From positions 60,001 to 92,000 of the forward strand of contig JBAYVT010000002.1 in NCBI GenBank assembly GCA_041674405.1: a DNA stretch of 32,000 bases, written 5' to 3'. This stretch comes from Patescibacteria group bacterium. Its GTDB lineage: Bacteria; Patescibacteriota; UBA1384; XYA2-FULL-43-10. The position numbers and the translations under genes were made by a program. This document shows, one piece after another, positions 8,119-18,209 of the stretch (positions are counted from its first letter, which is position 1; every line of letters starts with the position of its first letter). Under the pieces are notes generated by a model. That model was not told the origin of the DNA and did no database searches. It worked only from the letters and a program-made list of their open reading frames with translations.

Positions 8119-8783
8119 TATTTGATCTCTATCGAATTAATATAAACCGGACTCACGGGTTTATCATTCGAATCAGTAGCTACTTCGGAAATGCTTTTTA
8201 CCACATCCATCCCGGATAATACTTCGCCGAAAACCGTATATTTTCCATCGAGCTGAGGCTGTGGTTGGTCAGAGACAATGAAAAACTGGCTTCCGTTCGT
8301 ATTCGGGCCAGAGTTTGCCATCGCAAGCGTGCCGGCGACAATCTTGTGGTCATTAATTTCATCATTAAATTCATATCCCGGCCCACCAGTTCCATCACCC
8401 TTTGGATCACCGCTTTGGATCATGAAGCTTTTAATCACTCGGTGAAACGTAAGACCATCATAAAATTTTTGATCCGCCAATTTTTCGAAATTTGCGACAG
8501 TATTTGGCGCATCCTGATCATATAGTTTAAGATCAATATCACCGAGGGAAGTCGTAATGAGTGCTTCGTGTCTAGCGGGCGGATTTAAAGTTGCATTTAT
8601 TTTCCCGCCAACAAAAGGAAATACAATGATAAGCGCAACCGCAACCACATACACCCAAAAATCAATTCTGTGCCAAGGCTCAGACCATGGGTTACTTAAA
8701 AATCTCTTCTTTTTTACAAGTTCCTTCTTGTCTATTATCTCTTCAATTTTTTTCTCTTTTCTTATGCGAGCTTTTTTACCCAT
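8118..8783 (-). CDS. Cyclophilin-type peptidyl-prolyl cis-trans isomerase with N-terminal membrane anchor
   Basis: [34 protein letters not shown] and KYTVFGEV are cyclophilin signatures. I prefer the ATG at 8783 (GAAGGAA SD upstream). The track start at 8924 would overlap the upstream mazG-like gene by 89 nt. Confidence 0.88.
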   Translation of the reverse strand: MGKKARIRKEKKIEEIIDKKELVKKKRFLSNPWSEPWHRIDFWVYVVAVALIIVFPFVGGKINATLNPPARHEALITTSLGDIDLKLYDQDAPNTVANFEKLADQKFYDGLTFHRVIKSFMIQSGDPKGDGTGGPGYEFNDEINDHKIVAGTLAMANSGPNTNGSQFFIVSDQPQPQLDGKYTVFGEVLSGMDVVKSISEVATDSNDKPVSPVYINSIEIK

Positions 8784-8835
8784 CGGTTCCTTCAAAACAA
8801 ATACTAATTTCTTAACTCTGGAAAAATGATCAGGA

Positions 8836-9171
8836 TTATTTTTGTAGCTTTTTACGCCTTGCTTTGATCTTCCCCATCTTCTTTTTAACTGATTCAAAAG
8901 CATCGATATCAATATTCTCGGCAATAAGTAAAGCAGTAATTATCACGTCGGCAATTTCACTGGAAATGTTATCTTTTTTATAATCAGACATTTTTTCACT
9001 GCGCTGCATATTCATTGACGACATAATTTCGTTGGATAATTCACCAACCTCTTCCATCAATTTCACGGTTCGATTGAGTGTTCTGCGATCTTGGTCATAA
9101 ATTGCGCCAATCTCACTAAGTGTTTTTTCATGCTCTTCCCTGATCAATTTTTGAATTTCTTCCGTATTCAT
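8836..9171 (-). CDS. MazG-like nucleotide pyrophosphohydrolase (small, single domain)
   Basis: 111 aa with the pattern [12 protein letters not shown] ... [19 protein letters not shown], typical of the all-alpha MazG/NTP-PPase fold. ATGA overlap with the gatA stop. Confidence 0.7.
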   Translation of the reverse strand: MNTEEIQKLIREEHEKTLSEIGAIYDQDRRTLNRTVKLMEEVGELSNEIMSSMNMQRSEKMSDYKKDNISSEIADVIITALLIAENIDIDAFESVKKKMGKIKARRKKLQK

Positions 9172-10637
9172 AGTTTTGGCTTTTTAACATGATGATCTGT
9201 TGAATTTTCAAATGCACTGGCGACTTTAAAGATTTTACCTTCTCCATGCATTGGGCCGATTAGCTGCATACCGACCGGAAGGCCAGACTTGGTAAACCCG
9301 GCAGGTACGCTCATTGCCGGCACACCGGCAGGATTTATCGGCACGGTATTGGCATCGGCCAAATACATCGAGAGCGGATCATCCATCTTCTCCCCGATTT
9401 TGAAAGCCGGGAAAGGGGAGACCGGCGTTAAAAGAACATCATATTTTTGTAATACTTCCTCGTACTCTTTCTTGATTTTCGTTCGGACTTTAGCCGCCTT
9501 AAGATAATATGCATCGTAATAGCCAGAGGAGAGTGTATATGTACCCATCATAATCGAACGCTTTGCTTCATCCCCAAATCCGGCTGTTCTGGAATTGAAA
9601 TAGATTTCTTCCAAAGTTTTTAGTTTTTCGTTTTTAGTTTTTAGTTCGCTATAGCCATAACGAATTCCATCATATCTGGAAAGATTTGATGATGCTTCAG
9701 ATTTTGCGATTATATAGTATGTCGCAATCGCGTATTTAGTTGATGGCAATGATGTTTCCTCAACAATCGCACCCAATTTTTCTAGCTGGTGTTTCGCGTT
9801 TTCCAAAATTTCTGCTACCTCAGGATTTAATCCCTCACCATAAAACTCTTTTGGCACGCCGATTTTTACCCCTTTCAAATTTTTAGCAAGATACGAGGTA
9901 TAGTCGGGTAATGCTTCCTGTATCGTGGTTGAATCCTTCGGATCATTGCCGGCGATATGATTTAAGATAATTGCCGCATCTTCGACGGTTTTGGCAATTG
10001 GTCCGATAGTATCAAAACTTGAAGCATAGCTTACCACTCCGTTTCTAGAGACTAGCCCATAGGTTACCTTAAGTCCGACTGTTGAGCAAAAGCTGGATGG
10101 CTGGCGTATTGAGCCTCCGGTATCGGTTCCTAGTGAAAAAACGCACTCGTCAGCAGCAACGGCAGCTGCCGATCCTCCCGACGAACCACCGGGAACTCGG
10201 TCCAAATCCCAGGGATTATGCGTCGGTCCAAAATACGAGGTTTCTGTCGATGAGCCCATCGTAAATTCATCTGTATTCACTTTCCCGAGAAGTATACAAC
10301 CGGCATCCTTAAGTTTTTTAACAACCGTTGCGTCGTGAGGAGGAATAAAATCTTCGAGTATTTTTGAGGCTGCAGTTGTCTTTATTCCCTTCGTTAAAAA
10401 CACATCCTTGAGCGCTATCGGAATCCCGTCGAGTTCACTTAAAATTTTGCCAGCAGCTCTGCGCTTGTCAGACTCCTTCGCCTCATTGAGAGCGGATTCT
10501 TTTGTAATCGTAATATATGATTTTACTTTCGGTTCCACGCTTTCAATCCGTTCGAAAATTGCTTCTGTTAATCTGGCTGAGGTGATTTCTCCGCTTGAAA
10601 GCTTGTCTATTGCCTGTTTTAGAGTTAAAGAATGCAT
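9168..10637 (-). CDS. gatA: Glu-tRNA(Gln)/Asp-tRNA(Asn) amidotransferase subunit A
   Basis: Amidase signature GGSSGGSAAAVAA plus the catalytic-Ser region GTDTGGSIRQPSSFC. It directly abuts gatC. Confidence 0.96.
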   Translation of the reverse strand: MHSLTLKQAIDKLSSGEITSARLTEAIFERIESVEPKVKSYITITKESALNEAKESDKRRAAGKILSELDGIPIALKDVFLTKGIKTTAASKILEDFIPPHDATVVKKLKDAGCILLGKVNTDEFTMGSSTETSYFGPTHNPWDLDRVPGGSSGGSAAAVAADECVFSLGTDTGGSIRQPSSFCSTVGLKVTYGLVSRNGVVSYASSFDTIGPIAKTVEDAAIILNHIAGNDPKDSTTIQEALPDYTSYLAKNLKGVKIGVPKEFYGEGLNPEVAEILENAKHQLEKLGAIVEETSLPSTKYAIATYYIIAKSEASSNLSRYDGIRYGYSELKTKNEKLKTLEEIYFNSRTAGFGDEAKRSIMMGTYTLSSGYYDAYYLKAAKVRTKIKKEYEEVLQKYDVLLTPVSPFPAFKIGEKMDDPLSMYLADANTVPINPAGVPAMSVPAGFTKSGLPVGMQLIGPMHGEGKIFKVASAFENSTDHHVKKPKL

Positions 10638-10949
10638 TTAGATTTCCTCATCACCATTAGCAAAAACGCCTGGAACTTTGAAAGATTTGGACTCAAATTC
10701 CGGTGCATTTAGCTCTATTTCGGCATATCCTATTTCCGATCTTTCAACTATGTCTTCGCGAGAAATATTGGTTAGTCCGGTAACCTGAGCAGTCGGTTCG
10801 ACATTTTCCGTATTTACTTCGGACAGCTGGTCAACATATTCTAAAACGCTAGAGAGCTGTCGAGCAAACTTGTCTTTTTCCGGTTCGGAAAGATTCAGCC
10901 GTGCCAATTTGGCAATATATTCAACATCGGTTTTGGATAATTTCGCCAT
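10638..10949 (-). CDS. gatC: Glu-tRNA(Gln)/Asp-tRNA(Asn) amidotransferase subunit C
   Basis: MAKLSKTDVEYIAKLARLNLSEPEKDKF...QLSEVNTENVEP is the canonical GatC pattern. I use the ATG at 10949 rather than the TTG at 10955 in the track. Confidence 0.9.
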   Translation of the reverse strand: MAKLSKTDVEYIAKLARLNLSEPEKDKFARQLSSVLEYVDQLSEVNTENVEPTAQVTGLTNISREDIVERSEIGYAEIELNAPEFESKSFKVPGVFANGDEEI

Positions 10950-11031
10950 AAACAAAAAAATATTAGCTCTTAGAAACCTAAACCGATCTTAGCACTATTC
11001 GTTTCTAGGTTCAAGCAACCAATTGCTATTT

Positions 11032-12411
11032 TTAAATCCTCTGGCAATCAAAAACAACAGGATATTTATTATCAAAACAAGCTGAACAAAATCCTGTATT
11101 ACCAGAAGCTCGATGTAGCCCATCTAGGCTCAAATAATGCACTCCCTCTACTCCGAGGTATTTTTCCAGTGCCGGCAAATCAAGTTTGGAGGCAATTAAT
11201 TCCTCTTCTTTTGCCATATCAATGCCATAGTAACACGGGTGTTTTACTGGTGGGCTCGCTACAATTATTCGGATTTCCTTTGCACCGGCTTCGCGTACCA
11301 TTTTTACGATTTCCTTAGATGTCGAGCCACGAACAATAGAATCATCAACCAGGCCAACTCGCTTGCCATTGATTAATTTTTTTAACACATTTAATTTCAA
11401 ACGTACTCCCGAGATCCTGACTGAACTTGAAGGATCAATAAAAAGACGTTTTGCTTGGGGTGTTTTAATGATTCCCCTGCCATATGAGACACCCGAGGCG
11501 CTGTGAAATCCAATTGCCGATGCGATTCCTGAGTCTGGAATTGGAACAATAATATCTAGCTTCTTTTTTAATATCTGATTTTCTTCAAATAAAATTTTCC
11601 CTAATTTATGGCGAAACATTTCATTCGGAGTACCGTTCAAAATACTATCCGGCCTTGATAAATATATTTTCTCAAAAACACAAAAACTAACCTTACTTCC
11701 TCCATGCAAATATTTACTGGATATTATCTTTCCACTGGAGAAAACTAGCATAGTGCCCGCCCCAACCTCCTTTATATTTTTTGCACCCATTTGATCCAGA
11801 GCACAAGTTTCAGAAGCAAGCATAAAAATAGTTTCTTCGTTAGTTTTTGCCCTCCCATAAAAAAGAGGCCTGATTCCTTTCGGATCACGTACAGCGATTA
11901 ATTTTTTAGCGGTTAAAACAAGAAGAGAAAAGGATCCACAAATTCGATTACAAGTTTCAGCGACTGCTTGTTCAATAGTTTTTTCATTTGAATGCGCAAT
12001 CAACGATGCAATTAATTCTGTGTCGCTATCTCCTGATAACTTAATTCGGCGGCTTATCATTTCTTGGCGTAATTTAGAACTATCAATATTGCCGTTATGA
12101 ACAACTGAAACATGATATTTTCCTCTTTTTTCAACTGGCTGGGCATTTTCTATAACTGATCCTCCGGTTGTCGAATAACGATTTTGCCCGACTGCAATAT
12201 TGCCGGTAAGCGGAGTAATAGTTTCTTGGCGAAAAATTTCGCTTACCAGTCCTTGTTTTTTGTATGTCTTGATTCTTTTGCCGTTTGATACCGAAATTCC
12301 AGCAGATTCTTGTCCCCGGCCCTGAATACTCTGAAGACCAATAACAAGAAGGCTTGCCAACATGAATGAATCCTTATTTTTTTCGGATATCGCTCCAACT
12401 ATTCCACACAT
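11032..12411 (-). CDS. purF: Amidophosphoribosyltransferase (glutamine PRPP amidotransferase), Fe-S type
   Basis: N-terminal nucleophile MCGIVG. PRPP loop VGLVDDSIVRGSTS. Cysteines in positions matching the Bacillus-type 4Fe-4S ligands (FCVFE, HPCYYGID, CSACF). Confidence 0.92.
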   Translation of the reverse strand: MCGIVGAISEKNKDSFMLASLLVIGLQSIQGRGQESAGISVSNGKRIKTYKKQGLVSEIFRQETITPLTGNIAVGQNRYSTTGGSVIENAQPVEKRGKYHVSVVHNGNIDSSKLRQEMISRRIKLSGDSDTELIASLIAHSNEKTIEQAVAETCNRICGSFSLLVLTAKKLIAVRDPKGIRPLFYGRAKTNEETIFMLASETCALDQMGAKNIKEVGAGTMLVFSSGKIISSKYLHGGSKVSFCVFEKIYLSRPDSILNGTPNEMFRHKLGKILFEENQILKKKLDIIVPIPDSGIASAIGFHSASGVSYGRGIIKTPQAKRLFIDPSSSVRISGVRLKLNVLKKLINGKRVGLVDDSIVRGSTSKEIVKMVREAGAKEIRIIVASPPVKHPCYYGIDMAKEEELIASKLDLPALEKYLGVEGVHYLSLDGLHRASGNTGFCSACFDNKYPVVFDCQRI

Positions 12412-12593
12412 GGTAATCCTTTTGTAATTAAAACTAAATCATCCCAATTTCATCTTATATCTTTTACCCTGAAATACAAAAAATGCATTAAAATTTTGTG
12501 CACATTTTTTGTTCTCCTAGATGATTTGATATTTAAATCGGGAAAATTTGATTAAGGGAAGATATATATCCTAACCAAAATAAATCAGAGCGA

Positions 12594-12620
12594 TTGACAA
12601 AACTACCCTTATGTTATAAT
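12594..12620 (+). promoter_or_regulatory. Near-consensus sigma70 promoter of the cassette (extended -10)
   Basis: TTGACA at 12594-12599, a 15-nt spacer, TG at 12612-12613, and TATAAT at 12615-12620. Both hexamers are perfect, but the spacer is shorter than the 17-nt optimum. Confidence 0.6.
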
Positions 12621-12665
12621 ATTCCAAGTTGGACTCATACACCGACATACAGGCTACAGGAGGAG

Positions 12666-13259
12666 ATGTTCGTGATCGACAAAGTTAGAGAGTTCAAACC
12701 ATGGGAGAAGCCGAGGGCTGACGGGAAGCACAGCATCAGCTTCTTGATCGGGTTTCGTGCCGTACTTGCGATCCCGATCCAGCACTATGACGCCGTTCTC
12801 GGCGGTCTCTACTGCGTCGCCGTCCTCCTGCTTAGAGAGGATGGGGACCATGAGATCAGAGACCGGTCGAGCGGGCTCTTGGAAATCTTGGCAGGCCGAG
12901 AACAGGATAACCTGCCACTTTCCGATCCGGCCAAGCTCGAGATGTTGGTCGGGGTCCTGTCTTCGATCTCATCCAACTCGACCGCCTACCGGCTGTACAG
13001 GAACACGGCAACCCGCAGGGTCGTGATCGTCCGCGAGGAAGGCGAAATCGGCGAAGGGGCTACAGAGAAACCTGAGAAAAGACCAGCAGGCATCGCTGCC
13101 TGGTCCGTCGAAAGGTTCAATGAATGTCTCGCTCGTGGCCACCACCGGTTCGAGGGACGCATTCTGGTGAACAACCGAGGGGGCCAGCCTTACGAGCTGA
13201 TGGTGTGCACTGACTGCAGAGTCACGATCGCAGCGATGCAAGTGATCCCGGGCAAATAG
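12666..13259 (+). CDS. Hypothetical protein A of the GC-rich cassette (about 197 aa, no recognisable family; C-terminal Cys/His cluster)
   Basis: An uninterrupted ORF whose third codon positions are mostly G/C when read codon by codon. AGGAGG at 12658-12663. Start at ATG 12666 (2-nt spacing) or GTG 12672 (8-nt spacing, arguably better). The TTG at 12594 in the track is the promoter -35 itself and is rejected. The C-terminus reads ECLARGHHRFEG...VCTDCRV. Confidence 0.7.
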   Translation: MFVIDKVREFKPWEKPRADGKHSISFLIGFRAVLAIPIQHYDAVLGGLYCVAVLLLREDGDHEIRDRSSGLLEILAGREQDNLPLSDPAKLEMLVGVLSSISSNSTAYRLYRNTATRRVVIVREEGEIGEGATEKPEKRPAGIAAWSVERFNECLARGHHRFEGRILVNNRGGQPYELMVCTDCRVTIAAMQVIPGK

Positions 13260-13283
13260 CCCAAGAAGGAGGATAGAGCCGAG

Positions 13284-13318
13284 CGGCCCCGATTCAATTC
13301 GGGGTCGTTCTGCGTTTT
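13284..13318 (+). terminator. Candidate hairpin terminator after protein A
   Basis: A 9-bp stem CGGCCCCGA/TCGGGGTCG (one G-U pair) with loop TTCAAT at 13284-13307, followed by TTCTGCGTTTT. The T tract is not immediately adjacent. Confidence 0.45.
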
Positions 13319-13334
13319 ATCCACAGCAATATTT

Positions 13335-13370
13335 TTGACAGCGGTATATATCAAGTGGTAAGTCTAAAAT
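13335..13370 (+). promoter_or_regulatory. Possible internal promoter for protein B (weak call)
   Basis: A perfect TTGACA at 13335-13340, but no good -10 at 16-18 nt: GTAAGT/TAAGTC at 13358-13364. The best -10-like hexamer, TAAAAT at 13365-13370, is 24 nt away. Confidence 0.3.
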
Positions 13371-13403
13371 AGATCGTATTACTTCCGCATCGGGGTGATT
13401 TTG

Positions 13404-13796
13404 ATGGGAAGTTCGTCAGGTCGGCGTCGACGCCCGTCTTCGGTATGGAAGCAAGCATACCGCGCGAATGGTAAAGCTCACAAGCTCACCAAGTCGGGCG
13501 AAGACGAGAAGGCTGCCGAGGCGTTTTACCAGAAGGTAGGCTGTGTCTGCGAGACATCGCTTACCCCAGGCTTTACGCAATGGCAATGGGATCCTGTCGT
13601 AGAAGCCGTCTCGGTATCTCTAGCACACCCGCCGAAGAAAGAACGGCACAAGCGACTCCATGTTCCTCCAGACGTACTGGAGGAATACATCAGAGGGAAC
13701 GGCTTTTCAAGCCGCGAAAGGAACTTCCTTCTGAAGCGCCTTCGGCAAGTACTTCGGTACCGAGAGAAAGGCGCTCCCCAACCTTACGTTCGGTAG
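13404..13796 (+). CDS. Hypothetical protein B of the GC-rich cassette (about 130 aa, very basic, Arg-rich N-terminus)
   Basis: An ORF with G/C-rich third positions. GGGGTGA lies 6-8 nt before ATG 13404; GTG 13395 and TTG 13401 are alternatives. The N-terminus is MGSSSGRRRRPSS. The C-terminus is R/K-rich and helical-looking (RERNFLLKRLRQVLRYREKG). I recognise no family. Confidence 0.65.
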   Translation: MGSSSGRRRRPSSVWKQAYRANGKAHKLTKSGEDEKAAEAFYQKVGCVCETSLTPGFTQWQWDPVVEAVSVSLAHPPKKERHKRLHVPPDVLEEYIRGNGFSSRERNFLLKRLRQVLRYREKGAPQPYVR

Positions 13797-13828
13797 GCAA
13801 CCCTACTCTATCAACCCCGCAGTAACCT

Positions 13829-13867
13829 CGCGCGGGCCATCCGTGGCTCGCGCGTTCCCCGTTTTTT
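13829..13867 (+). terminator. Rho-independent terminator closing the cassette
   Basis: An 11-bp stem CGCGCGGGCCA/TGGCTCGCGCG (one G-U pair) with loop TCCG at 13829-13854, then TTCCCCGTTTTTT. It ends 11 nt before the ligA stop codon on the other strand. Confidence 0.7.
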
Positions 13868-13878
13868 AGTACAAAATT

Positions 13879-16595
<2,717 letters not shown>

Positions 16596-16602
16596 AGCCG
16601 TA

Positions 16603-17505
16603 TTATACGCTCATCTTGTTAAGCGCAGCAATTCTTTCTGAAATCGGCGGATGGGTGGAAAATATTTTTTGAAAATACGATTCTTTCTTTCCAAACGGAT
16701 CAGAAATATAAAGATGAGCGGTGGCACCGGAAACTTTTCGCATTGGGCGTGAATATCCGCCAATCTTTTTTAATGCTCCCGCCAAACCTTCGGGATAACG
16801 GGTCAGAAGTGCTCCGGATGAGTCGGCCAAGAATTCCCGTTTTCTCGAAATTGCCAGCTGAATTAACGTTGCCGCAATCGGAGCCAAGATTGCTGCCACA
16901 AGAGCCACTATTAAGAGAATCGCCTGAAGCTGTCCATCACCCCCCGAATCACGATTTCTCCCCCCAAAACCAAACCATCGCGAACGCAGAAACAAGTCTG
17001 ATAATAAGGTAATGACACCAACCAAAACGACGACAATCATCATAAGGCGTGTGTCATAATTGCCAACATGCGATAATTCGTGCGCAATCACACCTTCCAA
17101 TTCGTTTTTATCAAGGATATCCAAAAGTCCTGTAGTTACTGCCAAAGACGCATGTTTAGGATCCCGACCAGTGGCAAAAGCATTCGGTGCATCGTCGGAA
17201 ATGATATAAATCTCCGGCATCGGAAGGCCCGCTGTAATGGTAAGATTTTCAACAATGCGAAATAATGGCTCATTGCTTTTGCGATTAAGCTTTTGCGCCC
17301 CAGATATTGATAATGCAATTTTGTCACCAGAAAAATAACTCAAAAGCCCTTGAATTAAGGCTATCACAATCGCGAAGTACAGAATAACCGGCGAGTTGAA
17401 AGCATAAGAAAAAACAAAACCAAGAGCAATGACAATAACAACGAAGAATAACAAAAGTATTCCCGACCTCCATTTATTGGTATCGATGTTTTGATAGATT
17501 GTCAT
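16603..17505 (-). CDS. htpX: M48-family zinc metalloprotease HtpX
   Basis: HELSHV zinc motif, four hydrophobic segments, and C-terminal STHPPISERI, typical of HtpX. Confidence 0.92.
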   Translation of the reverse strand: MTIYQNIDTNKWRSGILLLFFVVIVIALGFVFSYAFNSPVILYFAIVIALIQGLLSYFSGDKIALSISGAQKLNRKSNEPLFRIVENLTITAGLPMPEIYIISDDAPNAFATGRDPKHASLAVTTGLLDILDKNELEGVIAHELSHVGNYDTRLMMIVVVLVGVITLLSDLFLRSRWFGFGGRNRDSGGDGQLQAILLIVALVAAILAPIAATLIQLAISRKREFLADSSGALLTRYPEGLAGALKKIGGYSRPMRKVSGATAHLYISDPFGKKESYFQKIFSTHPPISERIAALNKMSV

Positions 17506-17511
17506 TACGAC

Positions 17512-17814
17512 CTAAAAAATTATGTGTTCAATTTTTTTGCCAACAACAGGAAGAGGTTTGATTTGGCCTTTTAGGGCTGCAATTATTCCAAGAATCATAA
17601 CTACAAGGTTGAAAAGTGCCAAAATCGGGCCGAGAACCCAACCTATCAGCGGGATAGCCAGCACAAAAGGAACCGCTGCCCACAAAAGAAGCAGGACCGT
17701 CCCTTGCTTTGCGTGATAAAAGACATAATCGTCATCACGATAAAATAAGAGTGGAATTACAACTAAAATTAGCAGATAACAAAGAACAGCAGCCATAATG
17801 CTAGTCTTTCTCAA
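17512..17814 (-). CDS. DUF4870-like small membrane protein
   Basis: 100 aa with three hydrophobic helices and the YHAKQG motif after helix 1. The TTG start at 17814 has GGGAGG 5 nt upstream; an ATG at 17796 is the alternative. Confidence 0.6.
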   Translation of the reverse strand: MRKTSIMAAVLCYLLILVVIPLLFYRDDDYVFYHAKQGTVLLLLWAAVPFVLAIPLIGWVLGPILALFNLVVMILGIIAALKGQIKPLPVVGKKIEHIIF

Positions 17815-17841
17815 GGTAGCCTCCCGCTAAATTACAAAAAA

Positions 17842-18183
17842 TTATTTAATCAAGCGAATTGCAAATGGATATTTGTAATCTTCACCTTTGGATACGGCAA
17901 CAGCAGCCATGATGCAGAAGATCAAGTTGACGATCGCGACCGCTGAAACGATCAAAGTTCCGATCAAGATTATTGTCAAAATCCATCCAATGATATAGCC
18001 GATAAGCACCGTAATTTGGAAATTCAAAGCTTCCTTGGCTTGGTTTTTGACATAACCCTCTTCCGGTTTTGTAAGATAAATTACAAGCGGACCAATAAAC
18101 CCGATTACAATACCTAAAACATGTGCCAAAATTGCAAGAGTATTATCTTCGCTCTTGCTTGGCGCTGGTTTTTCTTCTGGCAT
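17842..18183 (-). CDS. DUF4870-like small membrane protein
   Basis: The pattern LAILAHVLGIVIGFIGPLVIYLTKPEEGYVKNQAKEALNFQITVLI matches the DUF4870 family as I remember it. Confidence 0.7.
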   Translation of the reverse strand: MPEEKPAPSKSEDNTLAILAHVLGIVIGFIGPLVIYLTKPEEGYVKNQAKEALNFQITVLIGYIIGWILTIILIGTLIVSAVAIVNLIFCIMAAVAVSKGEDYKYPFAIRLIK

Positions 18184-18209
18184 ACAAACTCCCTTAAATT
18201 ATTTAATAT

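Larger units (their letters stand above)
12594..13867 (+). other. GC-rich two-gene cassette of foreign composition (candidate horizontally acquired island)
   Basis: G+C counts per 60-nt line: 37 (line 12781), 36 (13081) and 34 (13501) inside, against 24 (12001) and 26 (14101) in flanking genes. It is the only plus-strand unit in about 28 kb of minus-strand genes. It has its own promoter(s), SD sites and hairpin terminators. The flanking genes purF and ligA are intact. Confidence 0.8.

Noticed and set aside
8784-8924. A long N-terminal extension of the cyclophilin gene (track start at 8924).
   Set aside because: It would overlap the 3' end of the mazG-like gene by 89 nt. The internal ATG at 8783 has a GAAGGAA SD and still includes the membrane anchor.
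10956-11031. A possible hairpin or terminator in the purF-gatC spacer (TAGAAAC ... GTTTCTA).
   Set aside because: The 7-bp stem encloses a 23-nt loop, and there is no convincing adjacent U tract on the transcribed (minus) strand. It is too weak to call.
12594-12665. The ORF-track version of protein A starts at TTG 12594 (MTKLPLCYNIPSWTHTPTYRLQEE...).
   Set aside because: That TTG is the first three bases of the TTGACA -35 hexamer. The extension is AT-rich, unlike the rest of the ORF, spans the promoter and the -10 box, and precedes the AGGAGG SD. The ATG at 12666 or the GTG at 12672 is the credible start.
12654-13241. Minus-strand and alternative-frame ORFs inside the GC-rich cassette (12654..12851 -, 12757..13026 +, 12969..13241 -, 12986..13174 -, 13580..13825 +).
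   Set aside because: Long shadow ORFs are expected in GC-rich DNA. They lack SD sequences and promoters, and are shorter than and nested in the two plus-strand ORFs, which do have those signals.
13266-13273. A perfect Shine-Dalgarno AAGGAGGA just after the stop of protein A, suggesting a hidden small ORF.
   Set aside because: No ATG, GTG or TTG occurs within the next ~15 nt (TAGAGCCGAGCGGCCCC), and the sequence runs into the terminator hairpin. I noted it only as a possible relic.
13317-13325. An exact DnaA-box 9-mer TTATCCACA, a possible origin or DnaA-regulated site.
   Set aside because: A single exact copy. Only one-mismatch relatives occur elsewhere (e.g. TTATCCAAA at about 2644-2652 and near 1000). 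One 9-mer match in 64 kb of two-strand sequence is not far from chance, and there is no cluster or AT-rich unwinding element.
12594-13867. The cassette as an IS element, transposon or integrated prophage fragment.
   Set aside because: No transposase, integrase or recombinase-like ORF. I found no terminal inverted repeats or flanking direct repeats, and no tRNA at the junction. I kept it as an island of unknown mobility instead.
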